From assembly GCA_034670305.1 (NCBI GenBank), contig JAXMNT010000009.1, positions 32,001-96,000 on the forward strand: a stretch of DNA of 64,000 nucleotides, read 5' to 3'. The position numbers and the translations under genes are program-made. The stretch comes from Deltaproteobacteria bacterium. Lineage in GTDB: Bacteria > Myxococcota_A > Polyangia > Polyangiales > Houyiibacteriaceae. This document shows positions 51,812 to 63,999 of the stretch, in pieces (position 1 is the first letter of the stretch; each line of letters begins with the position of its first letter). The notes under the pieces were generated by a model that saw nothing but the letters and a program-made list of their open reading frames with translations, ran no database searches and was not told where the DNA came from.

Positions 51812-53166
51812 CTAGCGAAGTTCGCTGATCGGACCGGTGCAGAAGTCGGGGTCGCCGAAGCTGTCGCCCGGCACGCCCATCGCGTGTTTGAGCGACACGA
51901 AGAGGTTGCCGTGCGGCACGTCGTCGAGCGTGACCTTGCGGCCGGTGCGGAAGAACCCGCCGCAGCTGCCGGCCATCAAGTAGGGCATGCGGCTGAAGAC
52001 GTGGTTGTTGCCTTTGCCGATCTCGTTGACGAGCAAGACGACCGTGTTGTCGAGCAGGGTCTTGTCGCCCTCGTCGACCGCGTCGAGCGCGCCGAGGAGG
52101 TAGGCGAGTTGCTCCATGTACCAGCGGTCGATCGCGGCCAGCTTGTTCTGGGAGTCCGTGTTGCTGTCGCCGTCGTGGCTCATGCTGTGGTGGCTGCGGT
52201 CGTGGCCGAGCCAGCTGAACCGCACCCCGGATTGACCGGTGGACCACTGCAGCGTGGTCACGCGCGTGAGATCGCACTTGAGCGCGGCGACCATCATGTC
52301 CATCTGCAGCCGCGTCAGGCGCTCGTAGTCGGTGTCGTCCCCGCGGGTCGGCGCTTCGCAGGCGCCCCCGGCGTCGTCGAGGCGGGACTCGATGTCGGTG
52401 ATGGCGGCGGCGTGCGCGTCGATGCGGCGTTGATCGGCCGCGCCGAGGTCTCGGCGAAGCCGGCCGAGTTGTCCCTGCACCGAACCGAGCACCAGCTCCC
52501 GTCGGCGGCGCAATCGCAGACGGGCCGCTTCGTCACCGGACAAGGGCGCGAAGACGCGATCGAACGCGGCGCCCGCGGTGTTCATCGGGGTGACCGGCTC
52601 GAAGGCCGCCCGGTAGGAGATTCGGCTCGGCACCGCTTGGCGGATGCCCTCGGCTTTGACGCCGAACTCGAGGCTCCGGTAGCGGGTCACTCCGTCGAAG
52701 TGGTTCGCGATCTCTTGGTCGATGGAGATGCCCCCAGCGCTTCCATCCCAGAGATGGCCGAACTCGCCGAAGCCACTCGGGCCCTGCTGCAGCGGCCGCG
52801 CAACGAGCGCGTGCCCAGTGCCGTTGTCGTGTCCGTTGCGTCCGCCGGATCGTTCCATCGCGGTCGCCATGCGCACGCCGTCGGGAATGAGGAGCTTCGA
52901 CCGGAACGGCGCAAGCGGCTGAAGGGAGACGGGGAGGGTGAAATCGGTCTCGCCCCCACTCGGCCAGAACCGCTCCCGGACGACGCCGTTGCCGCGGAAG
53001 AGGATGATGAGCCGCTTCGGCGTCGCGCCGTCCTGCGCGACGGTGCGGCCGGGCTTGAGCATGGCTTCCAAGAACGGAAGACCAAGCGCGGTGCCGGCCG
53101 CGCCACGCAGAAGCGTGCGGCGACTGAGGCGGCGGAGTTTGCCGGAGCGGGGTGCCGTGGGCTTCT

Positions 53167-53170
<4 letters not shown>
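51812..53170 (-). CDS. DUF1552 family Tat-exported protein
   Basis: LSRRTLLRGA..LGLPFLEAM, ISIDQ, ALKCDLTRV, HHSMSH, TLLDNT. Confidence 0.9.
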
Positions 53171-54870
<1,700 letters not shown>

Positions 54871-55062
54871 AGTGTGCAAGGTCTGTGCTTCGATGACCAC
54901 GGCGCTTTCCCGAGGGAATTGGGTCAAACGAAGCAACTGTTGGGGGGCGTGGACCACGGTCCGGGGTGAATCGGCACCAGCCCGTCTCGCCTCGGGTTCA
55001 GGCACCGGCATCGGCTTGATCACAAAGTTGGCGCTTCCTCCTGCGACTGGAAAGATGAGGGC

Positions 55063-55881
55063 ATGCGCTGTCTCCTCGCGATCGTCGTCTCCCTGGCTGC
55101 CCTGGCCACGCCAGCGACCAGCCGCGCCGAGTCGTCGATCGACAACATCGGCGACCTCCATGGCGCGTGCCGCGAGTCGGCCGGGTCCGGCACCCGCAAG
55201 CTCTACGTGGTCGAAGTGCCGCGCTACCAGTTCGCCGAGTACGACCGCGAGCGCGGCATGCTGCTCGTCGACACGCGCCGGAACTTCCGCGTGCTCCGCG
55301 GCTCGGCCGAGATCTTCCCCACCGGCCTCGAGTCGATCGGTTTCGTGGCCAACCGCGAGCGCGCCCGCGAGCTGCGCACCCTGAACGGCGCGAAGCTGCG
55401 CCTCGGCTTCTTCCTGGGCTACGACGGCTCCGGTCAGCCCTGCGTCATTCGATCCGCCGTCGCCGTGACGATGGTCCGCGCCGACGTCGCGTTCGTGGAG
55501 TTGGTCGACGACGACGGCCGGGTGGTGGCCCGCGAAGACAGCGACCGCCTGCGCGCCTGGCTCGACGATCAAGAACGCGACGCGATCCCCGGCGAAGGCC
55601 CGCGCGGCATCGTGGACGTGGACGACGTACCACCCGCCCTGCACCGCGCATTGGGCGCCGCCCCGCTTCGGGCCGCGCTCGCCGAGTGCCACGCCGCCGC
55701 CGTCGAACGGGGCGCCACCGAAGACGGCCGCATGGTCCTGCGCTTCGTCCCAGGCGAAGAGCCGCGGGTGATGATCTCTTCGCTCTCGGACCGCGACGAA
55801 GAAGCCTGCGTCCTGCGCGCAGTGCGACCGGCGGTCCCGAGCGGATCGCAAGTCAGCATCCCGCTCCGCTTCACGCGCTAG
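55063..55881 (+). CDS. Secreted hypothetical protein (myxobacterial; C-terminus weakly AgmX/PglI-like)
   Basis: Signal peptide ending SRA; LRLGFFLGYD; C-terminal ECH...GRMVLRF...ACV. Confidence 0.7.
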   Translation: MRCLLAIVVSLAALATPATSRAESSIDNIGDLHGACRESAGSGTRKLYVVEVPRYQFAEYDRERGMLLVDTRRNFRVLRGSAEIFPTGLESIGFVANRERARELRTLNGAKLRLGFFLGYDGSGQPCVIRSAVAVTMVRADVAFVELVDDDGRVVAREDSDRLRAWLDDQERDAIPGEGPRGIVDVDDVPPALHRALGAAPLRAALAECHAAAVERGATEDGRMVLRFVPGEEPRVMISSLSDRDEEACVLRAVRPAVPSGSQVSIPLRFTR

Positions 55882-55904
55882 CGATGGGCCAGCGTTGGTC
55901 GGGT

Positions 55905-56048
55905 CGGCGTTCTTGGCGTTGGTCGGGATCGGTGTCGGGGACGGCGTCGGAAGCGGGAGCCACGGCAGAAGCAGCCGTGGAAATAGCGTAGAATCGGCCT
56001 AGAATCAGTCGCAGAATCAGTCGCAGGATCAGCTGCAGAAGCAGCAGC
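55905..56048. repeat. Degenerate hexamer/dodecamer array including (AGAATCAGTCGC)n
   Basis: AGAATCAGTCGC x2 perfect, flanked by variants. Confidence 0.7.
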
Positions 56049-56185
56049 GATGAACGGTCACAGGTGGCTCACTCTCGAACAAATCACCGCTCGAGGCGCG
56101 GTGGCGTGAGTTGAAGTTGCGAGCACCTGGGACAGCGGTGCTTTGGCTTGCATCCGCAATGCACACTTGGCAATAAGATCTGCGC

Positions 56186-57457
56186 ATGCTTCGCACCGAC
56201 CCGCTCGCTTTCGTTTCCGTACACGAGAACGCCCTTGGGCGCTCGACCTGGATCCTCTGCTGGGGGCTGATGCTGTCGATGCTTGGGTGCGGGCGCTCGA
56301 CGTCGTTCCTGCACGATGGGGGCGACGCTCTGGATGCGTGGACGACCGACGCCGGCCCAGCGATGGATGGCGCGGTGGCCCGGGACGTCGGCATCGATGG
56401 AGGCACCGACGCTGGTGCGGACGCAGGTGTGGACGCGGGCCCGCCGGCGCCCTTCGTCCTGCTTGGGGCGACCGCTCGACAAGAGGGCGGTGACATCGTC
56501 GTCCAGCTCGAACGCTGGGAGGACGGGCGGGCCCGTGTCGTGACCGAACGCTCCGTGGCCGGGCGCTTCGCGCCAGCCGCGCTCCCAACTCTTCGCTCGA
56601 CCAGTGACGGAAGCCAGGTGCTCCTCTCCGTCACCCAAGGCACCGGGTCGGAGAGATGGCGGTGGATCCCCCTCGACCGCCCCGAGGTCGACCTGCCGAT
56701 TCCCTTTTACGATTGCGTCGGCGGCCAGCCGATCGTGCTCGGCGACACCGCGGCGTTCGGCTGCGGTCCGGACGGATCCACCCTCACGGATCGGCATGGC
56801 GCCGTACTCGGAGAAACCGTGTGCGGGGCGTGGATCGGATCGCTCGTGCACGATCGCTTCGTGATGCTCTGCGGCGGACGCGACCAGCTCGTGGACGGTC
56901 GAGGTGCGTTGATCAGTGCATTCGAGGTCGAGAACTGGGGCACCCGGATCGTGGGGCCGGACCGGCTCGCGGTCTGGGTGGTCGAACCGAGCCGCAGCTA
57001 CCACGCGATCCTCGAGGCCGGCGAAGTCGTCGCCCAAGGACCGGAGTGGCCTGCGGCGGCTCGGTCGGCCGGGTTCGATGCCACGGGGGAGTACGCGATG
57101 GTGCTCATCGACGACGAGACCCACCTCGCCCACGTGCTTGACGGTCCCGGCGAGCCGGAGCTCCGGTGTCGCCGCGACGGCGGCTCGTTTGCCCCCGACG
57201 CTCCAGTGGGGATGCTGACCTGCGAGGGCGACGCGTTCTGGTTCGACGCGGCAGCCGGCACGGTCGAACGTTTCCCACTGCCCGTGGCGGATGCGGGTTG
57301 GTACGTCGGATTCCACCACGACGCTCGGTGGGTGCTGCTCGACGATCAAGGTCCGTCGCCCGCGCAGATTTTCGACCGCGAGACCCGCGCGATGGTGCCT
57401 GCCTGGCCTGGCCGTGAGCCGACCATCGTTCGTTGGGAGCGAGCCGCGCCACGCTGA
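56186..57457 (+). CDS. Hypothetical lipoprotein, beta-rich (propeller-like); start uncertain
   Basis: MLGC lipobox, DAG/DGG linker, repeated beta-strand segments. Confidence 0.65.
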   Translation: MLRTDPLAFVSVHENALGRSTWILCWGLMLSMLGCGRSTSFLHDGGDALDAWTTDAGPAMDGAVARDVGIDGGTDAGADAGVDAGPPAPFVLLGATARQEGGDIVVQLERWEDGRARVVTERSVAGRFAPAALPTLRSTSDGSQVLLSVTQGTGSERWRWIPLDRPEVDLPIPFYDCVGGQPIVLGDTAAFGCGPDGSTLTDRHGAVLGETVCGAWIGSLVHDRFVMLCGGRDQLVDGRGALISAFEVENWGTRIVGPDRLAVWVVEPSRSYHAILEAGEVVAQGPEWPAAARSAGFDATGEYAMVLIDDETHLAHVLDGPGEPELRCRRDGGSFAPDAPVGMLTCEGDAFWFDAAAGTVERFPLPVADAGWYVGFHHDARWVLLDDQGPSPAQIFDRETRAMVPAWPGREPTIVRWERAAPR

Positions 57458-57537
57458 TCCGCGGGTCGCGTCGCTTCATTAGAGACGTTCGTTCAGCGGA
57501 GAGAATCACCCACAGATGCCGTGGACATTTGCTCTCG

Positions 57538-58089
57538 CTACTCCGTTTCGCGGAGGAGGCGGGTCAGGGCGGGGCGGTAGCGTTCGGCTTGGGAGAGGAC
57601 GACTCGGACGAGGTTGCGGAAGGCGCGCCGGTCGAAGTTTGAGTCGGTGTGGAGCACGGCGCTGATGCGCACTTCGCCGTCGGTGGGGTTCCACTCGAGT
57701 TTGGTGGCGAGCATGCTCCAGTTGAGTTCCATCAGCCGGCGCAGCAGCGGCTCGATCGCGGGGTCGTCGGGGAGCACAGTCAGCAGCGCGGGGATCCACA
57801 CGTAGACGGTGTCGGACTCGTCCGAGTAGAGCGCGTGGCCGACGATTTCATGGCGGGCGTCGCTGGTCACGTGGTGGAAGGTGCAGCGGGTGCGGGTGGG
57901 ACCGAGCGATTCGCACAACGGATGCAGGCCGAGCCGCTCGAGCTCTTCCTGCAGCGGCGCGGCGTAACGGGAGGTGCCGGGGGCGGCGGTCTCGGTCGCC
58001 TCTTCGGGCGCCTCGTCGTTCTCTTGGGCGGAAGCGGTGGTCGCACCGAAGACGAAGAATGCGGCGAGCGCGGCGGAGCCCACCCTCAT
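57538..58089 (-). CDS. Exported YbjN/type III chaperone-like protein
   Basis: Signal ending ASAQ; LLRRLMELNWSML.TKLEW...GEVRIS pattern. Confidence 0.7.
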   Translation of the reverse strand: MRVGSAALAAFFVFGATTASAQENDEAPEEATETAAPGTSRYAAPLQEELERLGLHPLCESLGPTRTRCTFHHVTSDARHEIVGHALYSDESDTVYVWIPALLTVLPDDPAIEPLLRRLMELNWSMLATKLEWNPTDGEVRISAVLHTDSNFDRRAFRNLVRVVLSQAERYRPALTRLLRETE

Positions 58090-58721
58090 TGCAGGATGTC
58101 CAGCCAGCCGTGGTTGATGTCCGCACCCCGCGCTTCCACCGGACTCCAGCGCATGAAGAGCGAACCGACGCAGTCGTTCTGAACCACCGTGCCGAACGTC
58201 CGGCTGTCGTGGTCCGGTCGGCTTCGGTGGTCGCCAAGGATGTAGATGTGCCCGGCCGGGACTTCGGTCTCGCGCACACGGAACGTGTAGCGATCCTGGA
58301 GGAAGAACTCGTGGTTGGTGTTGCCGAGTTCTTCGGTGCCGAACTTCACCGTGATCTCTTGGTTCACGTCGAGGTCGAAGAACGTCTTGGTGCCGCCCTC
58401 CCAGTCGATGGTCGGAATGGTGCCCGAGACCCAGAGGTTGCCGCGCTCGTCTTTGATGGTCATGCCTTCGCGTGCGACCACCCGGCCCATCACCATCTGA
58501 CCCGGGGTCTGCGGGTTCTGGCAGATGACGATCTCGCCCATCTCCGCCTCGGTGCCGCGCCACATCAAAACTTCTTCACCCGCGAGCAACGTGGGGGCCA
58601 TGCCGTTGTGGCCCACGACCACGAGATCGAGAAAGAAGATGCGCATCACGCCGGCGACGACCAGTGCGATCGCGCCGAGCCAGGCGGCTCCTTTGAGGCC
58701 GTACTTGAGGATGCTGCGCAT
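58086..58721 (-). CDS. Signal peptidase I (S26) homolog lacking the Ser/Lys dyad
   Basis: TM anchor; HNGMAPTL (box B), MGRVVA (box D), VPAGHIYILGDHR...DSRTFG (box E). Confidence 0.85.
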   Translation of the reverse strand: MRSILKYGLKGAAWLGAIALVVAGVMRIFFLDLVVVGHNGMAPTLLAGEEVLMWRGTEAEMGEIVICQNPQTPGQMVMGRVVAREGMTIKDERGNLWVSGTIPTIDWEGGTKTFFDLDVNQEITVKFGTEELGNTNHEFFLQDRYTFRVRETEVPAGHIYILGDHRSRPDHDSRTFGTVVQNDCVGSLFMRWSPVEARGADINHGWLDILQ

Positions 58722-58729
58722 GGGGAAGT

Positions 58730-59374
58730 CTACTCCCCCAGGTTCGGCGGTGGGTCAAGTTCACGCAAAACCGCGTCCATTCGGGCACTCATGTCGACCA
58801 CCGCCGCCTGCATCGCCGTCGCGTCCGCACCCTGCGTCGCCCGGATGAACGCGACGCCCCGTGCGCCGGCCCGGAGCGCTGCGTCACAGTTGTCTGCATC
58901 CACGCCGCCGAGTGCGAGCACCGGGATCGGACTCGCCTCGGCGGCTTGCCGGAATGTCTCGAGGGGCAGGGGGGCGCCTTTGCATGGCGTGGATGCGAAG
59001 GGGGAGAGCGTCGCGTAGTCGGCGCCGTGCGCCTGCTCGAGCCCCGCGCGGTCGTGCCGGGACACGCCGATGAGTGCGCCCGGCCAGAGCGCGCGCACCT
59101 CGTGCGGCGCATGGCCACGCTCGGGCAGATGCACGCCCACCGCGCCCACGGCCATCGCGAGGTCGACGCGCGCGGAGACCAACAGCGGCACTCCCGTCTG
59201 TACGAACCGGCGCGCTTCTTCGAAGAGCGCCGCGCCCGAGAGACCGCGTCTTCGCAGCAGCACGACACACCCAGCCGGCAGTCCGGCCTGCGCCGCTTCA
59301 AGCATCGCTTCGATCGGACCACGCTCCGGCGTGATCCACAGCAGCCGCGGAACCGAAGCGGCCCGCGGGGTCAT
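58730..59374 (-). CDS. thiE: Thiamine phosphate synthase / TenI family
   Basis: VGVHLPE, IGVSRH, ADYATLSPF.STPCK, PVLALGGV, GARGVAFIR. Confidence 0.85.
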   Translation of the reverse strand: MTPRAASVPRLLWITPERGPIEAMLEAAQAGLPAGCVVLLRRRGLSGAALFEEARRFVQTGVPLLVSARVDLAMAVGAVGVHLPERGHAPHEVRALWPGALIGVSRHDRAGLEQAHGADYATLSPFASTPCKGAPLPLETFRQAAEASPIPVLALGGVDADNCDAALRAGARGVAFIRATQGADATAMQAAVVDMSARMDAVLRELDPPPNLGE

Positions 59375-59703
59375 TCCACGGACTCGTCCGAGACCTCAGA
59401 CCCGTCCGCGACCTCAGACCCGTCCGCGACTTCAGGCTCGTCCGAGACCTCACGCCCGCTCAACACCAGGCGCGCGCGCTCCGCTTCGCGGCTCGTCGGG
59501 TACCGCTCGACCAGTTCTTCGAGGGTCACTCGGTGCGCGTTCTCGTCGCCGTCGGCTTCGAACCGGCGCGCGAGGTGCCAGAGCGCTTCCGACGGAGTGT
59601 CTTCCAAGCGGTGGTTCGGATCCGGATCCGACGCGCACTGAAACGGCGCCGTGATCGAGCCAAGCGCGGTGACGAGCACGAACATCGAACGAAGCAGGAA
59701 CAT
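59371..59703 (-). CDS. Small exported TPR-like protein
   Basis: Hydrophobic N-terminus with FQC; LEELVERYPTSREA; ATGA overlap with thiE. Confidence 0.65.
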   Translation of the reverse strand: MFLLRSMFVLVTALGSITAPFQCASDPDPNHRLEDTPSEALWHLARRFEADGDENAHRVTLEELVERYPTSREAERARLVLSGREVSDEPEVADGSEVADGSEVSDESVE

Positions 59704-59711
59704 TGGGTCCG

Positions 59712-60518
59712 TCAGGAACCCGCGTCGCTGCCGATGATGCCTTCGATCGGGCTCGACGCGGTCGCGTAGAGCTTGCGCGGAATGCGGCCCGCCAAGAACG
59801 CGTCGCGACCGGCGAGCACCGCGTTGCGCATCGCGCGGGCCATGCGCACCGGTTCGCGCGCACCAGCGATGGCGGTGTTCATGAGGATCGCGTCGACGCC
59901 GAGCTCCATCGCGAAGGCGGCGTCGCTCGCGGTGCCCACGCCCGCGTCCACGATGACCGGCACGTTGGCGTGCTTCACGATGATCTCCAGGTTGGTCGGG
60001 TTGCGAATGCCGAGCCCGCTTCCGATCGGCGCGGCGAGCGGCATGACCGCGGCGCAGCCCATGTCTTCGAGGCGGCGGCACGAGACCGGATCGTCGGTGA
60101 TGTAGGGGAGCACGGTGAAGCCCTCCTTCACGAGGACGGCGGCGGCTTCGAGGGTCGCGGGCACATCGGGGAAGAGAGTGTGCTCGTCGCCGATGACTTC
60201 CAGCTTCACCAGATCGGTGCCGAGCATCTCGCGGGCGAGCCGCGCGGTGCGCAGCGCGTCCTTCGTGTTGTAGCAGCCCGCGGTGTTGGGGAGCACCGCG
60301 CAGCCGAGCGCCTCCAACATCGCGAACACGGATCCTTCACCGCGCTCTTCGAGCGGCACGCGGCGCACCGCGACGGTGACGCAATCGGCCGCGGACTCCT
60401 TGAGCGCTTCCCGCGCGACAGCCGCGTTGGGGAACTTGCCGGTCCCGGCAAAGAGGCGCGACCGGAAGGTGTGGGCACCGAGGGTCAACATGTCGAGTCG
60501 GAGGGTTTCGTCGCTCAT
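59712..60518 (-). CDS. thiG: Thiazole synthase
   Basis: [45 protein letters not shown]. Confidence 0.97.
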   Translation of the reverse strand: MSDETLRLDMLTLGAHTFRSRLFAGTGKFPNAAVAREALKESAADCVTVAVRRVPLEERGEGSVFAMLEALGCAVLPNTAGCYNTKDALRTARLAREMLGTDLVKLEVIGDEHTLFPDVPATLEAAAVLVKEGFTVLPYITDDPVSCRRLEDMGCAAVMPLAAPIGSGLGIRNPTNLEIIVKHANVPVIVDAGVGTASDAAFAMELGVDAILMNTAIAGAREPVRMARAMRNAVLAGRDAFLAGRIPRKLYATASSPIEGIIGSDAGS

Positions 60519-60578
60519 CAAACGGTTCGTTCGGGGAAAGCCAGGGGCGTGTCCTGGGAGGTCTGGGTGGAATGCAAC

Positions 60579-60779
60579 TCAGCCGCCGCCGACGAAGTGC
60601 ACGATCTCGAGCACGTCGCCTTCGGCCAGGGTCGCGGCGTCGTGGGTGGCGCGGGGCACGATCATCTCGTTGCGCTCGACGGCGACCAGGGTCTCTCCGA
60701 GATCGAGCAGCTCCAGCAGCGCCCGCACGGTGGACCCGTCCGGGATCTCGCGCGCTTCACCGTTGACGACGACGTTCAT
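60579..60779 (-). CDS. thiS: Sulfur carrier protein
   Basis: [23 protein letters not shown]. Confidence 0.95.
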   Translation of the reverse strand: MNVVVNGEAREIPDGSTVRALLELLDLGETLVAVERNEMIVPRATHDAATLAEGDVLEIVHFVGGG

Positions 60780-60813
60780 GCGGGGCGCACGATAGTCCGC
60801 CGGGAGAGGGGAT

Positions 60814-61446
60814 TCAATCGACCGGATCCTCGGTGGCGCGCTGCAGACCACGTTCGTCGAGGGTGTAGACCTCGCCCGTGAGGTGCGGGGTGCCCGCGTC
60901 GTCGTGGGACACGACCAGAGTGGCGATGCCCTTGGCGGCGCAGCGTTCGTGGAGTTCTTTCGCAAGGCGGGCGCGGAGCGGTCGATCGAGCGCGGTGAAC
61001 GGCTCATCGAGCAGCAGCAGCTCCGGCTGGGAGAGCAGGGCGCGGCCGAGGGCGACCCGCTGCTTCTCGCCGCCCGAGAGGTGCCGCGGCGCCCGCGCGA
61101 GCAGGTCGGTCAACTCGAGCCACGCCGCCACGTCCTCGATCGCAGACGTCTCGACACCTCGAGCGAATCCGAGGTTGCCGCGCACGTCGAGATGCGGGAA
61201 CAGCACCGCGTCCTGGGGCACGAGCGCCGCGCGCCGCGCGTTCGGAGGCAGCCGCGTGTCTTCGTCGAAGAAGATCCGCGTGCCCACCCGAAGCCGCCCG
61301 GTCGCGTCGAGTAGGCCGGCCACGATGCGCAGCAAGCGCGACTTGCCGATGCCCGAGCGGCCCCGAATGGCCAGGTGCCGTGCGTCGGTCTGAAGCGAGA
61401 GCGACTGGCGTTCGAAGCGCGCGTCCATGTCGAAGAACGGCGTCAT
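60814..61446 (-). CDS. modC: Molybdate ABC transporter ATPase (short, no TOBE domain)
   Basis: [34 protein letters not shown]. Confidence 0.88.
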   Translation of the reverse strand: MTPFFDMDARFERQSLSLQTDARHLAIRGRSGIGKSRLLRIVAGLLDATGRLRVGTRIFFDEDTRLPPNARRAALVPQDAVLFPHLDVRGNLGFARGVETSAIEDVAAWLELTDLLARAPRHLSGGEKQRVALGRALLSQPELLLLDEPFTALDRPLRARLAKELHERCAAKGIATLVVSHDDAGTPHLTGEVYTLDERGLQRATEDPVD

Positions 61447-62111
61447 CCCGGCAACTCCAGCCGCGCCCGGTGGCGTCGCCGAAGCCATTCGTAGCCGAGC
61501 ACGGCGGCCCCGCAGACCAGCAGGCTCGCCAGTACGAGACTCCGTGCGTCGGTGTCGCCGCCGGGCGTTTCCATCAGCGTGTAGACCGCGAGTGCGATGG
61601 TGCGGGTCTCGCCTTCGACGTTGCCGGCCAGGACCGCGGTCGCGCCGAACTCGCCGAGCGCGCGCGCGAACGAGAGCGTCGCACCGGCAAGCACCCCGGG
61701 CAGCGCGAGTGGTAGGGTGACCCGCCAGAACGCGCGCATCGGCGACTCGCCGAGGGTGCGCGCGACCTCTTCGTACTTCGGGTCGACCGCCTCGAAGGTC
61801 TGCCGCACCGCGAGCGTGTAGAGCGGCAGGCTGACCACGAACGACGCCACGACACACGCCGCGAACGTGAACGGCACCCCGAGCGCGCCGAGCAAGCCCT
61901 CGGGCCGGAACACCGAGAGCAGCATGAACCCGGTGACCACCGGCGGCAGCACGAGCGGCACGAAGAGCAAGAGCGCGAGTGCCGAACGGCCGACGAACCG
62001 TTTGCGGGCCAGCAGGTAACCAAGCGGCACCGCGACCGGCGTGGCCAGCACCGTGCACCACGCCGCGACCTTCACCGAGAGCCACACCGCGGCCCAGACC
62101 GATGCGCTCAA
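61443..62111 (-). CDS. modB: Molybdate ABC permease
   Basis: [30 protein letters not shown]. Confidence 0.93.
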   Translation of the reverse strand: MSASVWAAVWLSVKVAAWCTVLATPVAVPLGYLLARKRFVGRSALALLLFVPLVLPPVVTGFMLLSVFRPEGLLGALGVPFTFAACVVASFVVSLPLYTLAVRQTFEAVDPKYEEVARTLGESPMRAFWRVTLPLALPGVLAGATLSFARALGEFGATAVLAGNVEGETRTIALAVYTLMETPGGDTDARSLVLASLLVCGAAVLGYEWLRRRHRARLELPG

Positions 62112-62914
62112 CGCGCGGCCTCGCCGGCGTTCGGGTGGGCCCGTTCGAATCCGAACTCGGAGAGGATGGCCTGGGCGGCGTCTCCCTCGAGGAACCGCGC
62201 GAACGCCGCGCCGCGTTCCGAGCGGTGCGAGACGGAGTACCGCGGCGTCGGGCCTTCGACCTCGAACGCCACCCGCACGTTCGGGTCGCGCGCGTCGCTC
62301 GCGTAGAGCAGGCCGGCGTCGACGGCGCCGCCCGCGACCCATCCGAGCGCGGTGCGCGCCGAGGACGCGCCGACGAGCTTCGGCCGGAGCGTCTCGAACA
62401 CCCCCGCGGAGCGGAGCGCGGATTCGCTGTAGCTGCCCAGTGGGACCGGCGCGACCGCGACGGCCACGCGGCGCAGATCCGCGAGCTCGCCCAGCGTTCG
62501 GGGCGGCGGCGCGGTCCGCGACGCGGGCACGGCGACCACCAGGCGGTTGCGGGCGAACACTCGGCCTTCGGACATCGACGCGTGGTCGTGGGCGCGGCGG
62601 CTCCACCGCTCGCTGGCCGAGAGCAACACCTCGGCACCCGCGCCCGCTTCCAGCTGCCGCACGAGCCGCGAGGTCGGACCGACTTCGAAGCGCAGCGGCT
62701 CGGCATCTGGTTGCGCGAGCCACGCTTCTTCGAGCGCGGGCAGCGCGGGCGAGAGACTGGACGCGACCATCACCCCGAGCCCCTCCGGCTCCGACCGACA
62801 GCCGAGCGATGCGAGCAGCGCGATCGCAGAGACCAAGGACAACAGCATCGACGCGCGGCCGGACCGAAGCCGGGTGTCTGCGCCTGGGGCCAGGCTGTCT
62901 GAAGAGGTGCGCAT
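62108..62914 (-). CDS. modA: Molybdate-binding lipoprotein (start 62914 or 62848)
   Basis: SLGC lipobox; [36 protein letters not shown]. Confidence 0.85.
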   Translation of the reverse strand: MRTSSDSLAPGADTRLRSGRASMLLSLVSAIALLASLGCRSEPEGLGVMVASSLSPALPALEEAWLAQPDAEPLRFEVGPTSRLVRQLEAGAGAEVLLSASERWSRRAHDHASMSEGRVFARNRLVVAVPASRTAPPPRTLGELADLRRVAVAVAPVPLGSYSESALRSAGVFETLRPKLVGASSARTALGWVAGGAVDAGLLYASDARDPNVRVAFEVEGPTPRYSVSHRSERGAAFARFLEGDAAQAILSEFGFERAHPNAGEAAR

Positions 62915-62967
62915 CGCGAAGCAGCGCAGCTTACGTGAAATCACCCCCCGCGCACTTGGGCTGAACC

Positions 62968-63350
62968 GCTTCGGCGTCGGCGTCGGCCTCTGCGTCGGCC
63001 TCTGCGTCGGCTTCTGCGTCGGCATCGGCTTCTGCGTCGGATTCGGCTTCTGCGTCGGATTCGGCTTCTGCGTCGGATTCGGCTTCTGCGTCGGCATCGG
63101 CATCGGCATCGGCATCGGCTTCGGCGTCGGCTTCTGCGTCGGCTTCGGCTTCGGCGTCGGATTCGGATTCGGATTCGGATTCGGCGTCGGCTTCGGTTTC
63201 GGAAGAATGGCGGGCACGGGCACGGGCACGGGCACCGTCTCCTTCGGCTTCGGCTTCGGCTTCGGCTTCGGCTTCGGCATCGGCTTCGGCTTCGGCTTCG
63301 GCTTCGGCATCGGTTTCGGCTTCAGCCTCAGCCTCAGCCTCACTCTCAGC
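62968..63350. repeat. Long hexamer array, (GCCGAA/GCCGAT/GCAGAA)n on the minus strand, with 18-bp higher-order units
   Basis: TTCGGC runs; GGCTTCTGCGTCGGATTC x3. Confidence 0.97.
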
Positions 63351-63355
63351 CGCGC

Positions 63356-63925
63356 TCAGTACTTGTCGCGCGCGGCGTACAGGTCCGCCTTCTCTTGCAG
63401 CTTGCGCAGGTACTGCAGCCGGTCGTCGGCGGCGTCTCGGGCCGCGTCCGCGGCTGCCATCAGCCGCGCGTAGTCGAGCCGCTCCAGGCGCTCGAGCGAG
63501 CGTTCGGGTGTCTCGCCGTCGATCGGGATGCCGAGCCGCAAGAGCCAGTTGCGGGCGAGCTCCTCGCGTCGTGGGTGCGATTCGCGGAGCAGCACGATGG
63601 TGTGCAGCGGCATGTCGAGGGCGAGTCCGACGAAGGCGTCGCGCCAGATCTGGCCGGGCTCCGGGTCGAGCTCGTGGGAGCGCTGGATGGCTTTGGTCAG
63701 CAGGGGCGCGACCCCGACCAAGAGATCGAGCCGACGCCACCCTTCCGAGTCGAGGTCCCGGCTCGCTTCGTCGAGTTCGTGGGGCTTCGGACAGTCCGCC
63801 GGGCCGAGGCTGCGCTGGAAGTCGCAGAGCCGCGCGCGCGTGAGCAACACGTTCGCGCCGTGGCGTTCCACCGAGGGGAGCGCGCGCCGGAAACCGTGCA
63901 TCACCGCATCGAGTTCGACGGTCAT
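63356..63925 (-). CDS. Hypothetical helical protein
   Basis: Normal codon usage; SD-like GAAGGA; ATGA overlap with the upstream ORF. Confidence 0.7.
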   Translation of the reverse strand: MTVELDAVMHGFRRALPSVERHGANVLLTRARLCDFQRSLGPADCPKPHELDEASRDLDSEGWRRLDLLVGVAPLLTKAIQRSHELDPEPGQIWRDAFVGLALDMPLHTIVLLRESHPRREELARNWLLRLGIPIDGETPERSLERLERLDYARLMAAADAARDAADDRLQYLRKLQEKADLYAARDKY

Positions 63926-63999
63926 GGGGTCGGTCGTCCTTCTTCGGGGAAGAGCGCGTGGGCGAGCTGCGCGGCCACGGCTGGGAAGTCGTTCAGGCG
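63922..63999 (-). CDS. C-terminus of a CDS truncated by the window
   Basis: RLNDFPAVAAQLAHALFPEEGRPTP* ends in a TGA overlapping the next ATG. Confidence 0.5.
   Translation of the reverse strand, partial: RLNDFPAVAAQLAHALFPEEGRPTP

Noticed and set aside
54871-55851. Long N-terminal extension of the DUF1592 ORF (similar extensions on purQ, modB, modC, thiS)
   Set aside because: Overlaps other genes; signal peptides and motifs place the true starts downstream
59385-59450. 18-bp repeats encoding SEVADG
   Set aside because: Ordinary low-complexity C-terminal tail
60779-60814. TPP riboswitch before thiS
   Set aside because: Gap too short; no conserved aptamer motif
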